Below are positions 43,229-52,832 of a stretch of 64,000 bases of DNA, piece by piece (within the stretch, counting starts at the first letter, position 1; each line of letters begins with the position of its first letter). The position numbers were made by a program, and so were the translations under genes. The stretch lies in IMG/VR virus record IMGVR_UViG_3300035088_000013, positions 22,303 through 86,302 of that record; one strand, given 5' to 3'. The DNA is from a virus. Under the pieces are notes generated by a model. It ran no database searches, was not told where the DNA came from, and worked only from the letters and a program-made list of their open reading frames with translations.

Positions 43229-45067
43229 TCAGCGGCGCTTACGGGCCGCGCCCGGCGGCGGCGTCGGCGGCGGGCGACGGCGTCCACCGGGCGGCTGACG
43301 ACCCGCGGGCGGGGCGTTACCGGGCGCACCGGGCGGGTTCCCGCCGTCGGCGGGCTGGCCGGTGGCACCTTGGCCGGGGGTGTTCCCGGCCGTCGATTGC
43401 GACCCGTCGCCGGGCTGCTGGCCGTCGGGGGGCTGCTGGCCGTCGGCGACCGCGGCCACCCCGGACCCGGGCGGGGCTACGGGCGGGGTGTTGATCTTCA
43501 CCGTGTTCTTCTGGTCGTCGCGGATCCGGTCGATCTCCTCGCGGATCTGCGCGTCCTCCCAATCGGGGTTGAGCAACGCGATCCGGGTGTAGAGCGACGC
43601 CGACTCGGCCCCGTTGATCAACGACACCGTCTGCGCCACCGACAGGGGGTCCTGGGCGACCCCGTCGGGGAAGCGGATCTTCGGCAACTCGGGTTTGACC
43701 CCGTCGGGCTTGTAGTGCGCGATGTCGATCTCGAGGGCCGTCTGCAACAGGCGTGCGAGGGCCGGTTTCCAGTAGAGGATCTTCCGGCCCCGGGTCGTGA
43801 ACGACTTCCGCTCCCGGGCGACAACCTCGGTCGCGGTGGCCGCGACGTCCCCGGTGAGGCCGAACGTCTGGGTGGAGTAACCGGCCCCCCTCAGGCACTC
43901 GGCGACCAGCGACGTGACGGTCTGCTGGTGTTCGGCGACCCGGATGGCGAACTGGACCGATTGCATCGCCAGACCCTCGGAAGCGGGCATCGCGTCGACC
44001 TGGGTGAAGACGGCCTGTTCGGCGTCGAACAACGCGCCCCGGCCGCGGCCTTGGTTCTGCAGGTAGGCGGCGGGGATGAGGATGCGCCCCTTACCCAGCC
44101 GCAGATCCCGCATCCACGACGACCATGCCTCGTCGACCGAGTCGAGGACGGGTTCGATGCCGTCGTAGTCGGAGCGGCCGTACGGGGTCCGGCTCAACTT
44201 ACGGGCCGGGCGCATGTTCGGGATCCACTCCACGGCGAGGCGTTTCGCGCCGGTGACGACCTGCTGGATCAAGGGGCTGTCGGCCCCCCGGGCGGGTTCG
44301 GCGGACGCGGCCAAAGCCTCGGTGTACGGGTGCTCGGCAAGGTCGACCAGCGTGCCCAGCACCCCGTCGGAGCCGTGGTACAGGCCGTGCAGCACGACAC
44401 CCTCGCCGTTGATCACCTCGTGGCGCTCGAGGTGGCGTAGGACCTTGCTGGTGGTGCCGGTGCCGCCGTTGTCCTCGAGGCACCGCCAGAACGTGACCGC
44501 CTTCAACCGGCCTGCGACCCATTCGGGGACCGCGCAGTCGGGCTGGATCGCGTCGATGATGGCGTGGTCGGCGACGTCGTCGACCCACCCGGCGCGCAGG
44601 TACACGCCGGACATCGACGCGCAGATCTCCGCCGCTTCGATCAACACCGGCAGGAACCCGCCCTCGGTCATCAACATGGTCAACCGGTCGGTGGTCGGCC
44701 GGGGGGCGTCTTTCGACACTCCGCCGTCCTCGCCGTCGACCGCGATGGTGGGGGGCTCGGCGAACAACAAGTCGGCGGAGGTGGTGGCGATGTCCCCAGC
44801 CAAAGGCACATGCAGGCGCGCGTCGGCGAGGTCCGGGGTGGCACCGAGGCGTCGCCCCCAGAACCAGCGTTGCCGGTCCCGGCCGACGATCGACCCTTCG
44901 CTGGTGACCAAGGGGTTGGCCATGCCGTAGCCGACGGCGTCGGCGTAGACGCGGGCAAGGCAGTCCGGGTCACCCTGGTACCAGGCCCCCCACGTCTGGA
45001 ACGCGGCGTAGGGGCGGGCCAGGTCCGCGGGTGGCCACGCGGTGCGGGGGTCGGTCGGCAGCGGCAC
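43229..45067 (-). CDS. Portal protein
   Basis: LHVPLAGDIATTSADLLF, YLR..W, GRSDY, GYS..TFG, TATEV. Confidence 0.9.
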   Translation of the reverse strand: MPLPTDPRTAWPPADLARPYAAFQTWGAWYQGDPDCLARVYADAVGYGMANPLVTSEGSIVGRDRQRWFWGRRLGATPDLADARLHVPLAGDIATTSADLLFAEPPTIAVDGEDGGVSKDAPRPTTDRLTMLMTEGGFLPVLIEAAEICASMSGVYLRAGWVDDVADHAIIDAIQPDCAVPEWVAGRLKAVTFWRCLEDNGGTGTTSKVLRHLERHEVINGEGVVLHGLYHGSDGVLGTLVDLAEHPYTEALAASAEPARGADSPLIQQVVTGAKRLAVEWIPNMRPARKLSRTPYGRSDYDGIEPVLDSVDEAWSSWMRDLRLGKGRILIPAAYLQNQGRGRGALFDAEQAVFTQVDAMPASEGLAMQSVQFAIRVAEHQQTVTSLVAECLRGAGYSTQTFGLTGDVAATATEVVARERKSFTTRGRKILYWKPALARLLQTALEIDIAHYKPDGVKPELPKIRFPDGVAQDPLSVAQTVSLINGAESASLYTRIALLNPDWEDAQIREEIDRIRDDQKNTVKINTPPVAPPGSGVAAVADGQQPPDGQQPGDGSQSTAGNTPGQGATGQPADGGNPPGAPGNAPPAGRQPPGGRRRPPPTPPPGAARKRR

Positions 45068-45250
45068 CCTCGGCTCACCCCCCTTAACGTCCTCGGATTG
45101 TGGTGTGCAACGTTCGGGCCCGGCGTCACCGCGGGTGAACCTGTTCCCGGCCGGTGCGTGCCGGTCACCGGGTGACGCCGGGGGTCTATAAGCGGCCCCC
45201 AAACCTCCGGGCGTTCATCTCAACCGGGTATGACAGAAATCGATTTGTCC

Positions 45251-45505
45251 CTATTTACCCTTGGCCTTGGCGATCGCTTCCTCGGCCGGGGCGTGGCCCG
45301 GCGAAAACCCGCCGGTCGCCAGGCGGTGTAGGTTTGCACACCATCCGGGTATCATGTCCGGTCTGAGTTTATTTGCGTAGAATTTTTGGCACCGAGCGAA
45401 GTCCCCGGGGGTTCCCCACCGGAAGTGTTTCTGCCCTTCGGGGCCGACCGCCCAGGCGCGGAGCCGGTTGACGGCTGCTTCCTGCTGGGGTGTCTTCACG
45501 ACCAT
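45251..45505 (-). CDS. Conserved-looking actinophage hypothetical protein
   Basis: W..G.EG...WGTPGDF.RC...G.CANLH..ATG pattern; GAAGGGG SD. Confidence 0.75.
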   Translation of the reverse strand: MVVKTPQQEAAVNRLRAWAVGPEGQKHFRWGTPGDFARCQKFYANKLRPDMIPGWCANLHRLATGGFSPGHAPAEEAIAKAKGK

Positions 45506-45750
45506 GGCGGCATGCCCCCTTCGGCGGGCGGTTGGTTGACGGCCGGGGGGTTGTGGGTGCAGGTGGTACACACGAACGTGGCCTCGTCACCGAGCGCGAC
45601 CAGCGACGCGCTGATGTCGGTGTCCGGCTGTTGCAGGTCCTGCCCGCACAGGCGGCAGGTCGGGGCGTGGGTGGCCTCGAGGAGCCGTTCGGTGGTGCCG
45701 TCGACGTAGACGGCTTCGACGACCAGCACCAGCGCCGCTAGCTCGTTCAC
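45496..45750 (-). CDS. Small Zn-ribbon protein
   Basis: CRLC...CTTC; coupled. Confidence 0.6.
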   Translation of the reverse strand: MNELAALVLVVEAVYVDGTTERLLEATHAPTCRLCGQDLQQPDTDISASLVALGDEATFVCTTCTHNPPAVNQPPAEGGMPPWS

Positions 45751-45821
45751 ACCAACACCACGACCAGGATCCCGGCCAAAAACGTCAGCGCGGTCAAGGT
45801 GACGGCTTGGCGGACGGTCAC
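45747..45821 (-). CDS. 24-aa hydrophobic peptide
   Basis: GTGA overlaps at both ends; MTVRQAVTLTALTFLAGILVVVLV. Confidence 0.5.
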   Translation of the reverse strand: MTVRQAVTLTALTFLAGILVVVLV

Positions 45822-46216
45822 GGCCGTCCCTTGGCGTCGGGGGATTTGGGTGCGGTGAGTCCGGCTCGTTCGGCGCACACGGCGGCGATCAGCCGGTACT
45901 GGTCGGCGATCCCGAGGTAGGAGGAGACATTCTCGAAGTCACCGCGGTCGGCGGCCCGTTGCGCGCGTTCGCAGGCGGTGACGGCGCGCTGCGCGGCAAG
46001 CCACGCGAGGTGCTGGGAGCCGGGAAGGAAGTCGTCGGCGACGGAGATGCGCTGGCCGAGCCACGTTTCGGCGGCCACCGTAGGTTCCGGTTCCGGCTCG
46101 GGCTTCGGTGCGGGGGTGGCGAGTTTCGGGGTGTTCCGGTGCCGGTCCTCGAGGGTGCGCAGCTGCGCGGTCGCGCCGGGGACGGTGGGCGGCATGTCGT
46201 GGGAACTGGCGGTCAC
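45818..46216 (-). CDS. Hypothetical protein
   Basis: GTGA overlap with terL, GGAAGGA SD. Confidence 0.65.
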   Translation of the reverse strand: MTASSHDMPPTVPGATAQLRTLEDRHRNTPKLATPAPKPEPEPEPTVAAETWLGQRISVADDFLPGSQHLAWLAAQRAVTACERAQRAADRGDFENVSSYLGIADQYRLIAAVCAERAGLTAPKSPDAKGRP

Positions 46217-47523
46217 GGCGCGGGTTCCTTCCTGTCGGGCATGATCGGGTCGCGGAGCCGGAACCGCCACGACCCCTCAGTGGTGTGCAGCACGTAACGA
46301 AGTGCGTCGATGGCATGGTCGTCGGCCTTGACCGGGGCGTCCTCGCCCTTCTCGGCGGCCTTCGGATCCCACGAGTAGCCGGGCAACTCGTTGATCAGCC
46401 CCGTACACGAGGCGTGGATCTTCAACCGTTGCGTGGCGAGCATCCCGGCGACCAACCGGATACCGGGCAGGACCCGGTTGTCGGCCATCACCGACGCGAG
46501 GCCGTCCTGGTGAAGCTTCACCCGGAACGACGCCGCGGACGGGTCGACGACGGTCCATTGGGGTTGCACCCCGATCAGGCCGCCCCCGCCGGGGATCGCA
46601 ACAGATCGGAGCCAGTCGATGACCCGCTCGGAGTATTCGTCGTCGGACAGCTGCCGGTAGGTGAGTTTCGAGTTGTAGTACCACTCGGCGGCCACGTACA
46701 TGACGCCGTCGACACCCAGGCCGACCAGCTCGGCGGCGAACGGGTTGGTGGTGCCGTAGTCGACGCCCATGCCGATCCACCGATCGATCAAAGGCAGCTC
46801 GGGCACGACGTGCACGTCGGGGTCGAACTGGTCGAAGATCGCCCCCTCGGCCAGACACCACTGTCCGAGGATGAACCGGCGGTAGAACAAACCGGTATAT
46901 TCCGCGCGTAGTGCCCGCTTGTACGCCTCGGTGAGTGACGGGTTGTCCTCGAGGTTGAACGCCCACGACCGCAGATCCAGCTCCGCGGCGCGCAGCAGGA
47001 ACTTCACCCGAAGCCAATGCAGGGGGCCGTCCGGGTTGGTGGTGCCGAGCAGCCGTGCCCCCGGCACCCGCAGCCGGGACAGGCACATGGTGAAGAACCC
47101 CTCGGGGATGAGGGTGATCTCGTCGATGTATATCAGCGCGGCGGTGACACCGCGGATGCGGCCTTCGGCGCGGACGTCGTTCGCGCCGATGAGGTGCACG
47201 ATCCGGCCGAAGATCACCGCGGTGTTCGCACCCCTCGAGTGGATGATCCACTGGGAGACGATGCCGAAGGGTCCGGCCGGTTGCATGAGGACGTCGATGA
47301 CGTTGCGTTCGACCGTTTGGATCGTCCGCCCGACACAGAGGATCAGCCCGTTGCGGGGGGTGGTGAGGATCGCGAGCAGGAACGCCAGCAGCGACGCGAC
47401 AGTCTTACCACTTGACACGGCCCCGTGCCAGAGACAAATTCGGGCATTTGCCTCAAATATGGAGCGGATCTGTTTGCGGGACATGACCCGCAGAACCGCC
47501 TCGAACCGCCGGTCGTCGATCAC
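46213..47523 (-). CDS. terL: Terminase large subunit (PBSX-like)
   Basis: Walker A GAVSSGKT, Walker B YIDE, TTNP, GVDYGTTNP, VDPSA, DHAIDALRY. Confidence 0.95.
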   Translation of the reverse strand: MIDDRRFEAVLRVMSRKQIRSIFEANARICLWHGAVSSGKTVASLLAFLLAILTTPRNGLILCVGRTIQTVERNVIDVLMQPAGPFGIVSQWIIHSRGANTAVIFGRIVHLIGANDVRAEGRIRGVTAALIYIDEITLIPEGFFTMCLSRLRVPGARLLGTTNPDGPLHWLRVKFLLRAAELDLRSWAFNLEDNPSLTEAYKRALRAEYTGLFYRRFILGQWCLAEGAIFDQFDPDVHVVPELPLIDRWIGMGVDYGTTNPFAAELVGLGVDGVMYVAAEWYYNSKLTYRQLSDDEYSERVIDWLRSVAIPGGGGLIGVQPQWTVVDPSAASFRVKLHQDGLASVMADNRVLPGIRLVAGMLATQRLKIHASCTGLINELPGYSWDPKAAEKGEDAPVKADDHAIDALRYVLHTTEGSWRFRLRDPIMPDRKEPAP

Positions 47524-48316
47524 GGCGCACCGCCATCATGACCAGCACGGAACGGTGCCGCTTGATCGAGTTGCAACGCTTGCAGATCGGAGCGAGGTTC
47601 GTCCAGCGATCGTCCCCGCCGTCGAGCACCGGAACAATGTGGTCGACAGCCGTGCTCACTGCCCCGCAGTAGACGCATGGGTCGCCCGCGATGATCGCCC
47701 GGTAAGCCTCCGTGTCGGCCCAGTCCTGCCCGGTCATACTCGCGTTGTTTGCTGCCCGGCGATCGTCGCGCACCTTGCGGTACCAGGCCGGGATCCCGTG
47801 CCAGCACGGCTTGCAATAGACGTAGCTGGGATGCTCCGCCGTGGTTCGGAAAGCGGCCCCGCACCGGCGACACGGCTTGTCTCCGGCGGTATTGCCGTAC
47901 CTGCGCGACAGGTCGTAGTGGGTTTTGCAGAGTCCGTTGCCATTGTGTGGTTGATCGCAGTCCGGCAACGTGCACGTTTCGGTCGGCGGCCCTTGCCGTA
48001 GGCCGTATGGATCGCCGGTCCGGATGAGCCGTTGATAGTGCCTGTAGCAGTAGCCTCCAGCACCGTGTGGGTCGGAGCAGTCCGGCAGGACACAGGCGGC
48101 CTGCGTTCCTTGCGCCGGGGCGTTCATGTCCGCGCCGTTGCGCTGCCGCTTGTAGTGCATGATGCACAGCCGCTTGCCTGCGCGTGGTTTGTCGCAGCCC
48201 GGCCACTCGCAGGGGTACGCCTTCCGCCACTGCGCTTGGTAGTGCTTGGAGCAGAGCGGCCCGCGTCCCCGTGGCGGGTTCAGGCAGTCGGGCATGGTGC
48301 AGGTACGATCCGGCAT
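47453..48316 (-). CDS. HNH endonuclease with repeated N-terminal Cys/His fingers
   Basis: CVYCG...DHIVP...GG....NLAPICKRCN; four C-x4-C...C..HY repeats. Confidence 0.85.
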   Translation of the reverse strand: MPDRTCTMPDCLNPPRGRGPLCSKHYQAQWRKAYPCEWPGCDKPRAGKRLCIMHYKRQRNGADMNAPAQGTQAACVLPDCSDPHGAGGYCYRHYQRLIRTGDPYGLRQGPPTETCTLPDCDQPHNGNGLCKTHYDLSRRYGNTAGDKPCRRCGAAFRTTAEHPSYVYCKPCWHGIPAWYRKVRDDRRAANNASMTGQDWADTEAYRAIIAGDPCVYCGAVSTAVDHIVPVLDGGDDRWTNLAPICKRCNSIKRHRSVLVMMAVRRDRRPAVRGGSAGHVPQTDPLHI

Positions 48317-48415
48317 GTCGACCCCATCCGGTCGGCCACAGCCCGGGGCGGGTGCAACCGCCGCCGGGCCCTATCATGATCATCTTAGTCGATGGGTGTG
48401 ACATTTCCCGGCCCG

Positions 48416-48967
48416 CTACTCGCCGGTACCGTCGCCGTCGAGGCCACTCGGCGTGTCGTCCTCGGCGACGATCCGTTCGTGGACCATGCCGAGGGCGGAC
48501 ATGAGGTCGCCGAGCATGTTGCGGCCCGAGGTCATGCCTTGGTCGTCGTCGTACCGCTCGAGCGCGAGGGCCTTGTCGAGGGCGATCCCGAGGGACGTGT
48601 AGGCGGCCTGCTGGTCGCGGAACGAGGGCAGGTTGGTGGTCACCCACGCCGCGGATGGGCCCGACCCGACCAGGGTGGTGCACGGCTGCCAGGCTCGCTG
48701 GCGGATTCGTTCGGCGTCGCCGTGCAACCTTTCGACCATGTCGGCGCGGGCCTGTTTGGCGTCGAAGATCCTCGCGCGGGTGGCCGCGCGTGTTTTTGTG
48801 TCTGAACGTTCAAACGTGAGGCCGTTGTCTCTGGCGAGTGCGGAGACGGTGGCGGGGGAGACGCCGTGGCGTTTCGCGATGGCGCGGCAGGAGAGTCCGC
48901 CTGCGCGGATGTCGGTGAGGATGGCTTCGCGTTGCTCGTCGGGGATGCGCGTGCCCACGGGGCCCAC
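48416..48967 (-). CDS. HTH protein, probable terminase small subunit
   Basis: GLSCRAIAKRHGVSPATVS HTH; upstream of terL. Confidence 0.7.
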   Translation of the reverse strand: MGPVGTRIPDEQREAILTDIRAGGLSCRAIAKRHGVSPATVSALARDNGLTFERSDTKTRAATRARIFDAKQARADMVERLHGDAERIRQRAWQPCTTLVGSGPSAAWVTTNLPSFRDQQAAYTSLGIALDKALALERYDDDQGMTSGRNMLGDLMSALGMVHERIVAEDDTPSGLDGDGTGE

Positions 48968-49069
48968 ATCCCTTCCCTCGCATGACCCGCAGCACCCGGC
49001 TGGGTCATCCCGGCACCCGGCCGGGGGTTCGTCACATCACGCGTCGCGTTGGTCTATGTGTGTAGCGGC

Positions 49070-49099
49070 TTGACCTGCTGTAATACTGTGTAGTACAGT
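49070..49099 (+). promoter_or_regulatory. Promoter with overlapping palindromic operator for the TA pair
   Basis: TTGACC-18 nt-TACAGT; CTGTAATAC-TGT-GTAGTACAG inverted repeat with one mismatch. Confidence 0.7.
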
Positions 49100-49105
49100 A
49101 GGGGG

Positions 49106-49378
49106 GTGATGATCGACCCGTTCTGGACCCCCGAAGGCCTCGCCGCCGCCGAGCGTTACGGCATCTCCCGGCAGGAGGCCGTGGACGTCGTCTACAGCCC
49201 CACCTCGGTGCAGGTGCACATCGGCGACAGCACGCAGCTCTACCTCGGTGCCCCCATCGCCCGGGTCATCGTCGTCACCCTCGAGCGGGCGTTCCGGAAC
49301 GTCACCCGCTACGGCATCACCTACGTCCGCCCCGCCAACCTCGGCGAGGCCCGAGCATGGGAGAAGCGAAACCCGTGA
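49106..49378 (+). CDS. BrnT/RelE-like toxin
   Basis: GI...EA..V...Y.G...RVIVV...RPA...E pattern; toxin-first order; leaderless start. Confidence 0.55.
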   Translation: MMIDPFWTPEGLAAAERYGISRQEAVDVVYSPTSVQVHIGDSTQLYLGAPIARVIVVTLERAFRNVTRYGITYVRPANLGEARAWEKRNP

Positions 49379-49719
49379 GCAAGCAGAAGATCACCCGCGA
49401 CGACCCCGACCTCGGGCACCTGGTACCCGAGGGCTCCGACCACATCACCGTCCTTGACGGCGAGGACCGCATCCAGGTCGGCGCGGTCTACGACCCCTCC
49501 GGGCAGGCCCCCACCGTCATCAAGTCCCTGCGGCTGCCGGAGAACGTGGTGGAGGCGATCGCCGCGTCCGGGCACCCGGACGGCTTCACCGGCGTCGTCC
49601 GGGAGGCGCTCGGCGAGTGGTTCGAGCGGCACTCCGGGCGAGAGGCCGAGGCGCACGACGCCCGCGCCGCCATCGCCACCCTCACCCGGCTGGTGGAGCG
49701 GCTGGAGGCGGCGGCTTGA
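49375..49719 (+). CDS. Antitoxin-like protein with a RHH-type segment
   Basis: GTGA overlap; SLRLPE.V...I...VVREAL.EW. Confidence 0.55.
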   Translation: MSKQKITRDDPDLGHLVPEGSDHITVLDGEDRIQVGAVYDPSGQAPTVIKSLRLPENVVEAIAASGHPDGFTGVVREALGEWFERHSGREAEAHDARAAIATLTRLVERLEAAA

Positions 49720-49747
49720 CCGGCGGTACGCTGACCCTCCTGTTGAC

Positions 49748-50302
49748 ATGTGGGGGGTCGGTGTGGGTCGTGGGTTGAGCCAGGGGCAGCTGTACCGGGA
49801 GTACCGCAAGCTGTATGAGCAGATCCCGGCGGTGGACTGCCAGGGGGCGTGCTGGGACACGTGCACCCGGTTCCCGGTGCCGCGGGAGGAGAACCGGCGT
49901 TTGCGGCGGGTGACCGGCCTGGAGATCGAGGCACCGCAGACCCCGCCTCATCCGCCGTGCCCGCTGCTGGTCGACCTGCGGTGTTCGGCGTATGAGATCC
50001 GGCCGTTGATCTGCCGGTTGTGGGGGTCGTCGGAGATCTACCCGTGCAACTACGGGTGCCGCCCCGCGGAAGGGTTGCTGAGCGTGAAGGACACCTACCG
50101 GTTGATGGCGCGGGCGTACGAGCTGTCCGGGCAGGATCTCATCGCCCGCCGGTGCGCGTATGTCGCGTCGATGCCGGATGAGGAGCTGGCGGCGATGACA
50201 CCGGCGGTCCAGGCGTTGACCGCCGGGCGGCTCGGCTACCGGGAGGCGGCGGCCCGCCGGGATGCGGCCTTGGCGAAGCTGCACACCCCCGATGGGGGCT
50301 AG
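49748..50302 (+). CDS. YkgJ-like Cys-cluster (Fe-S/Zn) protein
   Basis: CQGACWDTC...CPLL...CSAYEIRPLICRLWG; start uncertain (TTG 49775 possible). Confidence 0.75.
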   Translation: MWGVGVGRGLSQGQLYREYRKLYEQIPAVDCQGACWDTCTRFPVPREENRRLRRVTGLEIEAPQTPPHPPCPLLVDLRCSAYEIRPLICRLWGSSEIYPCNYGCRPAEGLLSVKDTYRLMARAYELSGQDLIARRCAYVASMPDEELAAMTPAVQALTAGRLGYREAAARRDAALAKLHTPDGG

Positions 50303-50318
50303 GCGTTGTTCGCCGCGG

Positions 50319-50681
50319 CTAGCGTTGCACTTGCGCCCATGACGTTTCGGTCTCGTAGACCCGCACCATGAACACCTTGCCCGCCCACAGGTGTTCGGCG
50401 ATCCCGAACAGGTGCCGGGCGACGTGTTCGGCGGTCGGGTTGTCCGCGGGCAGCACATCGTTGAGGTGCCGGTGGTCGAGTTCCCCGTCGAGGTAGGCGC
50501 GGAACGCCTCCAGCTCGCGGGAGTCGACCAGCATGCCCGCCGGGTCGAGGTCGCCGTTACGCAGCATCAGGGTGACGGCGTAGTTGTGGCCGTGCAGTCG
50601 GCCGCACGGGTGCCCGTCGGGCAGGGCGTCGAGTTGGTGTGAGGCGGCGAACGTGAATCGTTTCGCGATCGTGTAGATCAC
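50319..50681 (-). CDS. queD: 6-carboxytetrahydropterin synthase
   Basis: KRFTFAASH.L...CGRLHGHNY...LDHRHLN...PTAE...ET. Confidence 0.9.
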   Translation of the reverse strand: MIYTIAKRFTFAASHQLDALPDGHPCGRLHGHNYAVTLMLRNGDLDPAGMLVDSRELEAFRAYLDGELDHRHLNDVLPADNPTAEHVARHLFGIAEHLWAGKVFMVRVYETETSWAQVQR

Positions 50682-51682
50682 CGTGTCGCGCCGGATGGGT
50701 TCGGGCGTAGCGGTGTTTTCGCGCGGGGGCGTTCGGCGAGGATGGGCGCGCGGATCGGGCGGGCGTCCGGGCGCAATTTCAGGGCGGTGGTGAAGCTGGA
50801 GTAGTCGACCAGGTGGTGTAGCCGTTGGAAGCGTCGCACCAGCCGCGCGTATTGGGGGTATTCCGCGACGAGCATCCGGCTTTTGAAGTCGGTTCCCCCG
50901 GCCGCGCGGCGTAACCCGCGGCGTATTTCGGACTTGGTCGCCGCCGGGTCCATTTTGCCTTCCCGGTGGTAGAACTCGTCAGTGTTCCCGCCGGGCAGCG
51001 ATTGGGTGCCAAGTTTCTTTTGGAGGGACAAATTGAATTGGACCGTGGCCCAGCCCGCCGTGAGCAGGTCCAACGACAGGATGGTGTCCTCGTTGTACCG
51101 TCCCCGCCACCGGTGCGGGTGGGCCAGGTCGGTCGCGATCAGGTTGCACGAGTAGATGCGGGTGTTCATGACGAACGGTGTGTGGCGTTCCCGGGCGTTG
51201 ATGAAGTGTTCGTAGTTGGGGCCGCACATGACCAAATTCGTGTATCGGGCCTGGAAGTCTTCCATGAGCCGCAATGGTGTCCGGTCGGCGGCCCACCTTT
51301 TGCGGCCGTCGGTGTAGATCCGGAATTCGGAGATGTTGTCATCCATCACCCAATGCCGGTTCGCGCCATTGGCGGCGGCGTGGTCCCAGGCGAAGTTCCG
51401 GGCCGGGCCGGGTCCGCGGGAGTCGGTGTCGGCGAGCGGCATCAAAGCGTCGTAGGACGATTTGTATCCGGGGTCGAGGGTGAGGACGGTGCCCCATCCG
51501 CCGTGGGCGTGGATCGCGGCCCGGTAGTCGTCGACTTCCGGGGCCTCTACCACCACATAGAATCTGGTCCGCATCAACGACAAGGTGCGGATGGTGTACG
51601 GGTACCGGGCGCGGCCTTTGGAGACCACGTAGATGGGCGGGTCTTCGATCAGCCGGGCGGGCACCGGCGTCGCGTCCGTCAT
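50678..51682 (-). CDS. GT-A glycosyltransferase (TAGT/GREB1-like, probable DNA base modification)
   Basis: IYVVSKGR, ARNFAW, HWVMDDNI, YSCNL, RYNEDT, GGNT. Confidence 0.75.
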   Translation of the reverse strand: MTDATPVPARLIEDPPIYVVSKGRARYPYTIRTLSLMRTRFYVVVEAPEVDDYRAAIHAHGGWGTVLTLDPGYKSSYDALMPLADTDSRGPGPARNFAWDHAAANGANRHWVMDDNISEFRIYTDGRKRWAADRTPLRLMEDFQARYTNLVMCGPNYEHFINARERHTPFVMNTRIYSCNLIATDLAHPHRWRGRYNEDTILSLDLLTAGWATVQFNLSLQKKLGTQSLPGGNTDEFYHREGKMDPAATKSEIRRGLRRAAGGTDFKSRMLVAEYPQYARLVRRFQRLHHLVDYSSFTTALKLRPDARPIRAPILAERPRAKTPLRPNPSGATR

Positions 51683-52437
51683 CGTGGTTCCCGGTCATCG
51701 TCGTACGGGCCGGGGTCCGCCGTGGACGCGTCGTATGTTTCCGTTCCGGCTTCCGGGGCGGGTTGCACCGGCCACCAGAAGCCGCTGCCGCCGCCCGCTC
51801 GTTCCAACCCCAGGATGTCGGCGAAGTCGGTGTAGTCCTGCTCGGTGCGGAAGTGGACCTGGACGGTTTTGTAGGCGGCGCGGCCCTCGGCCGGGGTGTA
51901 GTCCAGCCCCGCCTCTCGGGCTTCTTGCCACGGGTCGGTGGCCCCGGTCAGGGCGGCTTCCGCTTGTCGGCGCATCACTTGCAGGTCGGCGTCGGTGAAC
52001 CCGACCCCGACCAGCCCGTCGTCCCCGGCCGTCGACAAGTCGTCGAGGGCGGGAAGGAGCAGCTCGTCCACCCAGCCGCCCAATTGGGTGGTGCGGTTGA
52101 GGGCGATCAGCGCGGCGCGGGCCTCTTGGTCGGTGCGGGACGCCCATCCCACCGTGACCGGTACCAGCCATTCGCCGGTGTCCGGGTCCAGCGTGACACC
52201 GTCCGGGGGTGCCTCGCCGCGGTCCCGCATGGCTTTCAAGGCGTCCGCGCGGCCGTGCCCGGAGATGATGTAGCCGGTGCGGTCGTCGCGGGTGATGTTC
52301 TCCACGAACCCGAACCGGTTGACGGACGCATTGAGGGTGTCCGCGGCGTGCGCCTTCGGGTTGGCCGGGTTGGGGGTCAGCGAGCCCAGAGGCAAATATT
52401 CGAGCCGACGCACGCTCGCGGCGGGGTCGGCGCTCAT
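51679..52437 (-). CDS. ParB-like N-terminal domain protein
   Basis: L.PNP.NPK.H...FGF...IISGHGR..AL...IA.N.....GW; coupled to the glycosyltransferase. Confidence 0.8.
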   Translation of the reverse strand: MSADPAASVRRLEYLPLGSLTPNPANPKAHAADTLNASVNRFGFVENITRDDRTGYIISGHGRADALKAMRDRGEAPPDGVTLDPDTGEWLVPVTVGWASRTDQEARAALIALNRTTQLGGWVDELLLPALDDLSTAGDDGLVGVGFTDADLQVMRRQAEAALTGATDPWQEAREAGLDYTPAEGRAAYKTVQVHFRTEQDYTDFADILGLERAGGGSGFWWPVQPAPEAGTETYDASTADPGPYDDDREPR

Positions 52438-52832
52438 GCGCCGGGTTCCCGCCACCGGGCCACGGTGGCGGGGTCGACGGCTTGTGCGGTGCGGGCGGCC
52501 GGGGTGAGACCGAACTCGGCGGCGTACTTTTGCATGGTGTTGGCGGCGTCGCGTTGCACGCGGCAGGCGGGGTTCTGCACGATGGTGTTCTTGATCGCGC
52601 CGGGCACGATGACCGTCGAGCGGGCCAGCAGCGCGGAGGCTTTGCGGTGGGTGGCGACGGCCTCGCAGTAGGCCAGCAGCGCATCCCGGTCGGCGGAGGT
52701 GACCGCCGGTAGTTGCGCGACGGTGTGATCCCAGATCGCCCGGACGTCGTCGGCGACGTTCTCCGGGCAGATCAGCTCCCCGGGGTCGGTGAGGGTGGTG
52801 CCGGTGGGGTGGATGTGGTGCACGGTGCCCAT
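52434..52832 (-). CDS. P27-family terminase small subunit-like protein
   Basis: W...D...L.AYCE...QNPA...AAEFGLTPAAR. Confidence 0.8.
   Translation of the reverse strand: MGTVHHIHPTGTTLTDPGELICPENVADDVRAIWDHTVAQLPAVTSADRDALLAYCEAVATHRKASALLARSTVIVPGAIKNTIVQNPACRVQRDAANTMQKYAAEFGLTPAARTAQAVDPATVARWREPGA

Noticed and set aside
51679-52437. ParB as a plasmid partition system
   Set aside because: No ParA seen and the gene is coupled to a glycosyltransferase, the modification-associated context
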